This document shows, piece after piece, positions 11,121-21,180 of a stretch of 64,000 bases of DNA. Position 1 is the stretch's first letter. Every line of letters starts with the position of its first letter. A program made the position numbers and the translations under genes. Under the pieces are notes generated by a model. The model was not told the origin of the DNA, made no database searches, and saw only the letters and a program-made list of their open reading frames with translations. The stretch comes from Azolla caroliniana (lineage: Eukaryota; Plantae; Polypodiophyta), in the NCBI GenBank assembly GCA_043228905.1, contig JBHGNT010000012.1, positions 5,394,001 to 5,458,000 on the forward strand, in the 5' to 3' direction.

Positions 11121-13160
11121 ATGGAGGCTCAACAAGCTAACAATATGATGGCGATGTTCGAACGGATGCTTCAAGAACAACGCACGATGTCGGAGATTTC
11201 GGCATCAGTAGAGCGGCTCGTGCAACGCAACGGGCAATTTAATGGTAAGGATGTGTCGCGATATTTGCAGGACTACAAGGCGGAGATGCTCCGGTGCCGG
11301 GCTTCGGAAGGACTGCAAGTGACATCCTTTAACCGGGTGGCGACCGACGGGCTTCAAGGGAGTATCCACGGGTTACAACGACAAAATCCGACGTGGGAAG
11401 CATTCGAAGAGGCGTTAAAGACCACGTTTGCCATCGAGGACTCCTCCAAGGCAACGCGGAGGGGATTCGAGGATTGGGTGGAAACGTCAGGTAAGGGGTT
11501 GAAGGTCCTCGAAGTGTTTTCGACATTCGAAAGTCGGTTCGGGAGGTTGTCCGCGAGAGATCAAACTATTCTTGCACCGGACAAAGTCATCATGTTTTTG
11601 CGAGCTGTGGACGTCCGGGACCGGAAAGATCTCGGAGTGCTTCTTGAGGACACGACCACCGAAAGCGGCCTCACCGAAACATGGGAAAGCGTGCGGGATA
11701 TCGTCGCGCGGTACACGAAGAGGGGGCAATGGCTTGCCAACGAAGAAAAGAGGGTTTCGGAACCGATTCCGAAACCGAGAACGGGACTGGAAGACCATCA
11801 ACCGAGGGCTCGGGAGATTACGGCCGAGAAGGGAGTCGACGCGTCTACGGTGGAGCAGCTGTTGAAGGAGATGGAGAATCTAAAGATCGCGATGGTGAAG
11901 AAGTCGGATGACCGCCCCACAAGCTCCAAATATACGGATCGACGGTGCATATGGTGCGATAGCGCCGAACACGATCGGAGGGATTGCGACGACCATAAGG
12001 AGGCGCTACGACGGGATCTCATCTACTACGAGGGAAACCGGATTCATTCGATGGACTCTCGGAAGCCACTCCGACCGAACTTCCGGAAAGGCGGCATGAA
12101 GAAGGTGCTCGAGGAGGAGTTAGCGGCAAGAAGCAACTATGCGACAACCGCGGGAATATGTGTCGGGGAGTCATCGGGAGCGAAGGCGTCTTTCTGGCCG
12201 GAGGTGCTAGGAAACACCGAGAAAACCGACTCCAACGATATCCGAAACACCGCGGAAGGCGTCCGGGAAGCTACGGGATGGGAGTGCCCTGTCGACAAGA
12301 ATAGCATATACGCCCTGTGTCAATTACATGAGGTGTATGTGGACGAGAAACGACGGCGCATGGAGGATGCGGCCGGACCATCGAAGATACCGGAAAGCTG
12401 GAACTCCGGAGGTAAGGGAAAAGAAAAGGCGACTCCGGCATTCAAGCTCGCCTCGGACATAGAACAACAAACCGACTTGAAAAGAGTGTTCGAGGAAAGA
12501 ATCTTGGATAGCCGGGTAGATTTTTCGCTGCGGGAACTACTCGGAATCGCGAAGAAGGAGTTTCACGATCTTCTCGTGGATCTCGTGAAAAGGAAGAGAC
12601 AAAGTACGGAGGAAAATGCTCCAAAGGTGAATGCAAATACCGTTTCAATGAACGACACCGAAGTGGAAGGCGAAATTCCGAACTCCCACTATACAAGGCC
12701 ACACTGGGCACGTGCGACTACGGAGACTCCGGTCCGAATCGGTAACATCAAAGAACCCGTGCTAGCATTGATTGATCACGGATCGGAGATCAACTTGATG
12801 TCCAAGGAGTTCTACCGAAAGGGGAAGTGGCCTATAAACACCAACCATGGATGGAAGATTCGGGCAGCCACGAAATCGACAGAAGACCTATTTGCGGCTT
12901 GTCCGGATGTGACGGTAAAGATCGGGGATGTCGAAATTGACCAAAATTTCTTTGTGCAGGATGAGGTTTCACATTCTGTCATCCTCGGCCAACCCTTTAT
13001 CACGGCTTCACGGATGGAGACGAAGGTGCTCGATAGTGGTGCGGCTTTTGCGCGAATTCGGAGCCAAAACGGAGGGAAATCCGTCCAATTCCTAACGGTG
13101 CCGGCAAATCACGAAAGGAACAAGAGGGAACTCTTGTCCCAAGTGAGAATGGATTTTTAA
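11121..13160 (+). CDS. Gypsy Gag-protease ORF
   Basis: First ATG after the PBS. Zinc knuckle CIWCDSAEHDRRDC, a DUF4100-like AFKLASDIE segment, and aspartic protease ALIDHGSEIN...VILGQPF. Confidence 0.93.
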   Translation: MEAQQANNMMAMFERMLQEQRTMSEISASVERLVQRNGQFNGKDVSRYLQDYKAEMLRCRASEGLQVTSFNRVATDGLQGSIHGLQRQNPTWEAFEEALKTTFAIEDSSKATRRGFEDWVETSGKGLKVLEVFSTFESRFGRLSARDQTILAPDKVIMFLRAVDVRDRKDLGVLLEDTTTESGLTETWESVRDIVARYTKRGQWLANEEKRVSEPIPKPRTGLEDHQPRAREITAEKGVDASTVEQLLKEMENLKIAMVKKSDDRPTSSKYTDRRCIWCDSAEHDRRDCDDHKEALRRDLIYYEGNRIHSMDSRKPLRPNFRKGGMKKVLEEELAARSNYATTAGICVGESSGAKASFWPEVLGNTEKTDSNDIRNTAEGVREATGWECPVDKNSIYALCQLHEVYVDEKRRRMEDAAGPSKIPESWNSGGKGKEKATPAFKLASDIEQQTDLKRVFEERILDSRVDFSLRELLGIAKKEFHDLLVDLVKRKRQSTEENAPKVNANTVSMNDTEVEGEIPNSHYTRPHWARATTETPVRIGNIKEPVLALIDHGSEINLMSKEFYRKGKWPINTNHGWKIRAATKSTEDLFAACPDVTVKIGDVEIDQNFFVQDEVSHSVILGQPFITASRMETKVLDSGAAFARIRSQNGGKSVQFLTVPANHERNKRELLSQVRMDF

Positions 13161-16100
13161 AGCGGACTGTTGCGGAGTGGGGAAGTGATAGTCCGAGAAG
13201 CCCTGATACCCCACACAGGAAGAAAACTCTCGGAGCAAAACAAGTACGAATCGGCCCGGATGGGGCATCTACGTACACGGCCGTAACCGGAGGAATGAAG
13301 AAACAATACCGACAAGTGGAGGATAAGTTACGGTCGGCATCAATAATAAAAGAAGACGAAGAAATCGTGGGAGTGATCGAGGAAGTGTTCTATGGGAATA
13401 CACTACAACGGCTTGAAGAGCTTGCGGAAGATAAAAGCCAAGGGAACCGGGTAGTCCCGGTGGAATCGGTCGAGATGTATGAGATCGTTGCGAAAATGGG
13501 GCCGGATGCGCTCCGCAAAGAAGAAGCAATGGTAAGTACGAAATACAAGACCGTGGAGAAGAAGGTAAAACCGGCCGCGGGACCACTACCCGCCGATAGC
13601 GAACAAAAGAGGAAAGAAGTCTCGGGAGATCCGACACTTCGGAAGACCGTGGATATCGGACATGCCTTCACAGATGAGACCCGGAAGAAACTTCGGATCG
13701 GTGGAGGTGGGTTCCTCTTACAAGAAGAAGAAAAACGGTTTCGAGAGATGTTGGAGCAACATGGCAAAGCATTCGCGTTCACATCGAGGGAGATCGGGTG
13801 CATTGATCCAAAGATAGTGGAGCCGATGGTGATTTTCACGATTGATCATGTACCGTGGAACCTGAAGCCGATTCCGGTGCCACGGGCGCATATTCCGAAA
13901 GTCATCGACTTGCTCAAGGAGAAGGTGGCGATGGGGATTCTAGAGCCATCAAGTGCTCCGTACTCAAATCGATGGTTTACGGTTCCGAAGAAGAATGGGT
14001 CACTCCGATTCATCCAAGACTTGCAACCGGTGAACAAGGTCACGATCCGGAACTCGGGAGTCGGTCCGATAGTGGACGAATTCGCGGAAGCTTTTGCCGG
14101 ACGTGCGATATACTCCATCGGGGACCTATACTCGGGGTATGACCAATTCCAACTAGCCGTGGAGAGCCGAGACATCACTACCATGCGGACACCGATAGGA
14201 CTAGTTCGAATGTGCACACTACCGCAAGGAGCGACAAACTCGGTTGCACATATGATGAACGCGATGAACAAGGTGCTTCGAGATTGTATCCCGGAGATAA
14301 CGATGCCGTTTCTAGATGACATTCCGATGAAAGGATGCACGGTGGAAGAAAAAGATGAGACTATGGATGATCGGGGATGCCGAAAGTTCGTGGTCGACCA
14401 TATTCATGATTGCGAGAAAGTGTTGCGAAAGCTAGAAGATGTGCACCTAACACTTTCCGGGGAGAAATCGGCATTCGGGCAAGAAGAAATATTGGTGGTC
14501 GGACATCTATGTGGACCCTACGGCCGAAGACCGTCACCAACAAAGATCGATGCGATTCAAGCTATGAAGGAAGTATGTGAGTCAACATCGGAAGTCCGAA
14601 GGTTTCTGGGTGCGTGTGCATTCTATCACATATGGATTCCGCACTATGCACATATAGCGGACCCGCTCTATCACTTGTTACGGAAAGGTAAGAAATTCGA
14701 GTGGAAACCGGAACACACTAAAGCCATGAGGAAGCTCAAGAAGACACTATGGAGGGCGGAATCACTTAAGAAGCCAAGCTACGAGCGGCCAATCATAGTA
14801 ACGGTTGATACAAGTCCAACCGGTATCGGGTGGGTCATCAATCAAGCCGACTCGGATGGTTCGCGGTATCCGATCCGATTTGGAGCAAAGGTCCTCAACG
14901 AAAGGCAACGCGGATATGCACAAATCAAAAGAGAATTGTGGGGAGTCGTGTCGGCGATAAAATCGGATCGGGATTATTTGATCGGAGCTGAAGTGGTGAT
15001 CGAGACGGATTGTCTTCCGATACTCGGGATGATGCGGTGTTGTACGATACCGGATGTGGCTATGCTAAGGTGGATTGCATATGTCAAGTCACTTAATCCG
15101 GAGGTTCGACACATCTCGGGGAAGGACAACGCGGTAGCGGACATGTTATCGAGGGCGCGGTTTGAAGACGACATAACCGAATCAGATAATGAAGAAGTTT
15201 CCGAAGACTACTTCACGTCAGAACACATATGCCGAGTGAACGTGATCCGAGAATTCCGGGAAGAAGAATACGAGGGGGAAACCTTGATGATCGGGAAGAT
15301 GCTACAAGAGGTCGAGGATTCAACCAATGATAAAGAAAGGAGAGCCGAGATCCGAAGGAAGAAGAGGCAAGTCCAAAAGTTCTTCTTGGAAAACAGTTTG
15401 ATATGGAGGACGCCGAAAAGACCGGATGGGATACCACTTCGAGTAGTCGGGACGGAAGAGCAACGAAACCGGATAATGTCCGAGTTCCACGAATCCGATT
15501 GGGCTGGACATCGAGGAACATGGGCAACTTTTGTGAAAATCAAGCAAAGATATTGGTGGAAGAACATGTATAAAGATGTCGCGGAGTTCACAGAAAGCTG
15601 CGAGAAATGTCAAGTCTACTCCGGGGTCCGACACCGAGATGAGCTGCATCCGACATTCTCACCGACAATCAACTTCAAGTGGATGGTCGACATTGTAGCT
15701 ATGCCGACCGGGATTGGACAAAAGAAATACTTGGTGTTAGCTCGAGAAGATCTCACAAACCAAGTTGAAGGTCGAGCGCTTCGGAGGAAAACGTGTGCCG
15801 CGGTGTGCCAATTTCTTTTGGAAGAAGTGTTTTGTAGGTACGGCTGCGTAGGACAAGTGATTGCGGACCGGGGAGAACTCGACTCGGACAAAGCTAGGGG
15901 ATTCTTCGCCAAACATGGAGTTCGGTTAACGTTGACAACGGCCTACAATCCGGAGGCCAACGGGAAGATCGAACGAGGACATAGTCCGATCGTGAAAGCA
16001 CTTGCGAAGGCATGCGACGGAAGGGTGAAGGATTGGCCACAAATGCTTCCATATGCACTATGGGCGGATCGGACGACGCATAGCTCCGTGACCGGTTACA

Positions 16101-16762
16101 TGCCGGCAGAACTCATGACCGGACAAGCACCGGTAATGCCAACGGAAACCGCAATCGCGACTTGGACAATACTACCGTGGAAGGAAGAGATGAGCCGGGA
16201 AGAACTACTAGCGGTCCGGATACGACAACTGGAGGGAAGACCGAAAGATGTAGCGGAAGCGTCACGCCGACAACAAGAAGCACGGTTCCGGAACAAAAGC
16301 CGGTTCGACACAAAGCACCGACTACGACCGAGGAGGATTGAAGAAGGAGATTGGGTGATCGTCTATGATAGTAGCTTGGACCATCAACATACAACGATGC
16401 GGAAATTCGCGAAAAGGTGGTTCGGGCCGTACGAGGTTCGGAAGGTCTTCGACAACGGGACGTACCGACTGTCCGAGTTGGATGGAACAATACTACGAGT
16501 GCCTATAGCCGGGAAGCGGGTGAAGATTTTCAAGAAGCGGACCGACGACAAACCTTATGTGATCCAAGTCGAGGCCGACAACGAGGAGCAATCGGACGAA
16601 GACCACAATGATGCGGGAAGCAAAGAAAGTGGATTACAACTCATAGTCGACATAAGGGGAGAATCGGAGGAAGCTTCGGATGAAGACGGATACGAAGAAT
16701 CAAGAACTTCGGCACATACCGGAGGATGTGCGGGTTTGGAGGGGGCGAGTGTCGTAGTGTAG
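13151..16762 (+). CDS. Gypsy Pol (RT-RNase H-integrase) in the -1 frame relative to gag-PR
   Basis: The frame is open across the gag stop; first ATG is at 13295. RT DLYSGYDQ/LPQG/PFLDD, RNase H VDTS/ETDC/ADMLSR, IN HHCC + WMVDI/IADRGE/KIERGH, and GPY motif. No chromodomain. The stop lies 13 nt inside the 3' LTR. Confidence 0.93.
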   Translation, partial: GFLKRTVAEWGSDSPRSPDTPHRKKTLGAKQVRIGPDGASTYTAVTGGMKKQYRQVEDKLRSASIIKEDEEIVGVIEEVFYGNTLQRLEELAEDKSQGNRVVPVESVEMYEIVAKMGPDALRKEEAMVSTKYKTVEKKVKPAAGPLPADSEQKRKEVSGDPTLRKTVDIGHAFTDETRKKLRIGGGGFLLQEEEKRFREMLEQHGKAFAFTSREIGCIDPKIVEPMVIFTIDHVPWNLKPIPVPRAHIPKVIDLLKEKVAMGILEPSSAPYSNRWFTVPKKNGSLRFIQDLQPVNKVTIRNSGVGPIVDEFAEAFAGRAIYSIGDLYSGYDQFQLAVESRDITTMRTPIGLVRMCTLPQGATNSVAHMMNAMNKVLRDCIPEITMPFLDDIPMKGCTVEEKDETMDDRGCRKFVVDHIHDCEKVLRKLEDVHLTLSGEKSAFGQEEILVVGHLCGPYGRRPSPTKIDAIQAMKEVCESTSEVRRFLGACAFYHIWIPHYAHIADPLYHLLRKGKKFEWKPEHTKAMRKLKKTLWRAESLKKPSYERPIIVTVDTSPTGIGWVINQADSDGSRYPIRFGAKVLNERQRGYAQIKRELWGVVSAIKSDRDYLIGAEVVIETDCLPILGMMRCCTIPDVAMLRWIAYVKSLNPEVRHISGKDNAVADMLSRARFEDDITESDNEEVSEDYFTSEHICRVNVIREFREEEYEGETLMIGKMLQEVEDSTNDKERRAEIRRKKRQVQKFFLENSLIWRTPKRPDGIPLRVVGTEEQRNRIMSEFHESDWAGHRGTWATFVKIKQRYWWKNMYKDVAEFTESCEKCQVYSGVRHRDELHPTFSPTINFKWMVDIVAMPTGIGQKKYLVLAREDLTNQVEGRALRRKTCAAVCQFLLEEVFCRYGCVGQVIADRGELDSDKARGFFAKHGVRLTLTTAYNPEANGKIERGHSPIVKALAKACDGRVKDWPQMLPYALWADRTTHSSVTGYMPAELMTGQAPVMPTETAIATWTILPWKEEMSREELLAVRIRQLEGRPKDVAEASRRQQEARFRNKSRFDTKHRLRPRRIEEGDWVIVYDSSLDHQHTTMRKFAKRWFGPYEVRKVFDNGTYRLSELDGTILRVPIAGKRVKIFKKRTDDKPYVIQVEADNEEQSDEDHNDAGSKESGLQLIVDIRGESEEASDEDGYEESRTSAHTGGCAGLEGASVVV

Positions 16763-17607
16763 GTTGCACACTATGTGGAAATTATATTTTTGTCCCTCCG
16801 GATAGAGAATGGAGTGCTCGGTGAGAACCGGAAGAAAACGGCATACCGGCAAGGAGGAAAACGGCATACCGGGAAGGAGGAAAAACGGCATACCGGGAAG
16901 GAGGAAAACGGCATACCGGGAAGGAGGAAAAACGGCATACCGGCAAGGAGGAAAAACGGCATACCGGCAAGGAAGAGCCGGATAAAGAGACATAAATGTA
17001 AAAAAGAAGGAAATACTCACTACTGCGCAAGGCGTGATTCGAACTCTGCACCTCCACGTTGACAAACTCCAACCTTACCATTACATTAACTTATCCTAAG
17101 TGTTCTAAATATAGATTTAATACGTATAAGACCTTTATTTATGCATACCTTTATTAAAAGGTAAATCGTGTATTTTTTTTAATATATGAAAAAGACGAGA
17201 CACTAAAAATAACTCATGCACATCTAGCGTGCATGAGCCCTATACTTAGGAAATAAAAAAAGCATCACATGAACACTTTTTGTAAAAAAAAAAGCATGAA
17301 GCCATGCTTAGCTCTTCCTTCCTTATATAAGGAGGAGAGAAATATGTAAAAGGTTGTTGATTTTTTGGATTAAGAATTAATCAATACAAAAATTATTCGT
17401 GGGATTCACGATTTATACGTCTACTTCTCTCTTAACACCCTAAGTACCAATTAATATAGTATACTCGTGTGATTCACGAGTTTCTTATCTTTCTCTTTGC
17501 TATTTACTCATAATTAATCTCTATCTCACGAACTTTTTTCTCCTAGTCCAAGACCTCTGTGGTTCCCACCCGACTCACGCAACGATCCGGAGCCGAAAGG
17601 CACGACA
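16750..17607 (+). repeat. Gypsy 3' LTR
   Basis: Identical to 10225-11082. Confidence 0.97.
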
Positions 17608-20009
17608 ACGTCGAGGAGGACGAAATGGTGCAGGTCTGCCTCAGAAGGTTAACGTCGAAGTTCGGAGCTTTCCGAACTGCGGTCTGTACGAGGGAGAATA
17701 CACGATCGTTTTTCGACTTACAGTCTATGCTCTAGTAGAGAACCACGTGGGTGCGTCAACAAGTACGCACGCCGACAACAAGATGTTGTACACGGAGGAA
17801 GATAGGTCTCGTGGTCGTGGCAGACAAGGCGAGTCGGCGTGCAATGGAGGCGGCCGACAGGAGCAAGATGGAAGGCATGGTCGTAATGCCAACAGTAGTT
17901 CCGGACCCTCTAGAAGCAGGGGAAGTCGAGGCGGCGCCGGAAACTAGCAAGGAAAACCCGCCGCAGAATGCTGGTACTATGGCAAGAAAGGCCACAAGGA
18001 GAGTGACTGCTGGAAGAAATGCAACAATTCGAAGAAAACCGCATCCGAATCCGGGCGGACCGAACAAGGAAATCGGCAACGATCGCACTACGTCGAAGGT
18101 TCCGAACGATCTGAAAATGGATCAGGCCCAACCTTTGTAATGAAGCACAAGGCCAATTTGATGGTGGTGAACACCTCAAAACCGAACGAGGTGTGGTATG
18201 TTGACTCCAGAGTGTCAAATCATATGACGAGTCACGAGGAATGGTTCTCGTACTTGGAGAAACCAAAAAAACAAGGAGTGGTTGAAACTAGAGACGACAC
18301 TCCACATACCATCGAACATGTCAGAGAAGTTACCCTGAGACATGTTGGGCAGGAAGGGAAACTCATGAACGTGCTACACGTACCGACAATAACCAAGAAC
18401 CCGGTGTCAGTTAGACAGATCATCGACTAGGGGATGCAAGTTCGATTCACACATCTCGGTTGCTACATTGAAGAATAGGGCAAAGTCATTGCGCAAGGGT
18501 GTTGAGAAGGGAGGATGTTCATCCTCAACACCAATGAAGTCGGAACCGCGTTGTTCGTGAAAGGATATAAGGTCGGGTCGGGCATTGACCTATGGCACAA
18601 GTGGTTCGGCCATGTTAACTTCCTGCGGCTTCGTGAAATGCAGACGCAGAACATTATTTTCAGATTGCCAAAATTTAGTGGCCGGAACGGCCAAGTCTGC
18701 GAAGCCTGCCAGCTCGGGAAGCAACACCGACTTCCATTCCCCAACGAGCGTAATTGGAGTCGAAATCCGCTCTATGTGATCCATTCAGATGTATGGGGAA
18801 CGGCACAGAATGTGAGCATCAGGGGATTCCGAAGCCGTTACTTCGTAACCTTCATCGATGACTTCACTCGGCACACTTGGGCGTTCTCGATCGCGAAAAA
18901 GAGCGAAGTCTTCGCGTGTTTCCTGAAGGTGAAGAGCCTTGCAGAAAGGGAAACTGGGTGAAAGATCTAGTGCGTAAGGTCCAATCGCGTGAAGGAGTAC
19001 TTCTCCAACCAGTTCTCGAGTTATCTACAGAAGGAGGGAATTCAATGCAAATTCTCGATCCATTAGGGACTCTACCGGAATCGGCTTTATCTCATCCATT
19101 CGAATGTCTAGGGACCAGCACAGAACGTGAGCATCGGTGGGAGTCGGTATTTCATCTCCTTCATCGACGATTTCACCCGTCACACTTGGATCTATCTAAT
19201 CGAGAAGAAAAACGAAGTCTTCTCGTGCTTCCAGGATTTGAAGAACCTTGTCGAACGCAAGATCAGTTCAAGTGTCTGAGATCGGATGGTGGAAAAGAGT
19301 ACTTTTCCGGCCAGTTCATGAGCTATCTGTAGATGAAGGGAATCCGGTGGGAATTCTCTTGCAGATACACATCGAAGCAGAATGGTTTGGCCGAGCGTCG
19401 GAATAAGACGCTGGTAGAAGCGGCAAGGGCGATGCTTGAGGAGAAAAGCATGCCCAAGTTTTATTGGGTTTAAGCCATTCGGACAACCGTCTACATCCAG
19501 AATCGGATATCAGCCTCAGGGACAAAGGTGTCACCGCGCGAGCTGTGACTTCGAGCAGAAGCTGAATTTGGCACATCTTCGAGTGTTCGGTAACATTGCA
19601 TATGTGCATGTGCCGAAGGAAAAACGGAGGAAGTTAGACACAAAAGCCGAAAAGTGCATTCTAGTTGGCTACTCAGATGAACAGAAGAGTTATAAGTGTT
19701 ATAACCCCCAATCGAAAGAGGTTCAAGTCAGCCGAGATGTCATTTTTGATGAATCAACATCTTGGTACTTCTCTCCACCCGAGCCCGAGCCGATTGTTGT
19801 CAATGATCCGGTGGAATCCAGAAGAGAGGGAAGCATCCCAGAATCCGAACAACCGGATAGTCCAACTTCGCGCAAAGAGAAGGGGAAGAGGAAGATGCTA
19901 GAATATGACACCGGCAAAGACGAGTCGGATCGGAGTGAATCCGACTCTAGACTGAACGAAGACGGACCTTCAAAGACAAAGTCTGAGTCGGCCAAGCGGG
20001 CCTTGCACT

Positions 20010-21180
20010 TGAAACGAGTCGACCAAGTGTGCAAAGCATGTCAACTCGGCAAACAACATCGACTCACATTCCCGAAGGAGGGCTACATAAGCAAAGGCAT
20101 CCTCAACATGATCCACTCGAATGTATGGGGACCGACTCAAATGCCGAAGATCGGAGGATGATGGTACTACGTCACCTTCATCGACGACCACTCCCACTAC
20201 ACGTCGATTTTCCCGATGAAGAAGAAGAGAGAAGTGATCTCCCACTTCCAAAAGCTCATGGATCGATGCACCACTAATGGAGTACATGAGTTAACTCCAT
20301 ACAAGATCTTTGTTGGAAGGAAGTCGATCCTTTCACACCTCAAGTGGAAGCATTGCGGATGTACACATCATGAACAAAAAACCAAAAAAGCTCAACATGA
20401 AGTCGGAGAAATGTATCCTCATAGGATACTCGTCCGAGAAAAAGGGACACAAGTGCTTTAACCCCTCGACCTAGCGGTTCGTGTAAGTCGGGACATAGTT
20501 TTCGACGAATCGGCATCATGGTCTGAGCCCGATTCGGGTCCATCCAACCAGACCAAGGAAGAGTTGCACGTCAACTCGAATGATGATATTTGGCCAAGTA
20601 CTCTACCAAAGGATAGTCCAAGCTCTACTAAGCTCAGTGGACCACATGAGCCTTCACGCGACCAAAGCACATCGCGACCAGGTTTGAAATTGGACAAAGG
20701 CAAAGGTAAGATGCATGAATACGAAGTCGACCATTACGACAACAATGATCTGGATAGGGATCATATTGTTCCATAGCCAGAGCAACGAAGACCGGAGGAG
20801 GCCAATTAGATGGCTCCCCGTATTCCACCGGCAAGCGAAGAAAAAGGAGAATCAAGCGGGGGCCAGAAGATATACTGCTATTACTATCGGCAAGAAGGGC
20901 ATTACAGTCAATACCCAGTGAAGAGTAAAGAGAAACAACCAACAATAAATACGATGATCACTGAAGTTACGGATGTACAACAAGTCACGACTCGGTCAAA
21001 AGGAAAAGCTTCCGAATTGGGAGACGCAAGAAGATCCGCAAACAAGCTACGGAGTGGATACTGCATGCTAATCAACGAAACATCAACGAGATGCAAGAAT
21101 AGGCTAAGCATCCGGAAAAAGGAACTAGAGTCACGAATGAAGACCCACCTAGATCCATACTGGCAGCTATGCTCAGAACA
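20010..21180 (+). mobile_element. Fragments: diverged Copia integrase (about 20010-20770), then a retroelement gag-like piece (about 20780-21180)
   Basis: VCKACQLGKQHR/IHSNVWGP, a degenerate zinc knuckle CYYYRQEGHY, and VTTRSKGK. Confidence 0.6.

Larger units (their letters stand above)
10225..17607 (+). mobile_element. Apparently intact Ty3/Gypsy retrotransposon (non-chromovirus)
   Basis: 858-bp LTRs at 10225-11082 and 16750-17607, with no difference seen by eye and termini TGTCGT...ACGACA. 4-bp TSD ACGT, PBS at 11087-11104, PPT GGAGGGGGCGAG before 16750, two uninterrupted ORFs. Confidence 0.98.
3750..20010 (+). mobile_element. Degenerate family-A Copia hosting the two young insertions (5' LTR 3750-3884 + 9445-9711; PBS 9712-9723)
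   Basis: The LTR starts TGTTGAG, ends TTTTACA and resembles LTR 57874-58269. PBS is TGGTATCAGAGC (tRNA-Met-i). gag (LDRSNY...) reads across the Gypsy insertion (DINV|EEDEMV). PR and IN lie at 18.1-19.8 kb. No 3' LTR is seen and the right boundary is approximate. Confidence 0.85.
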
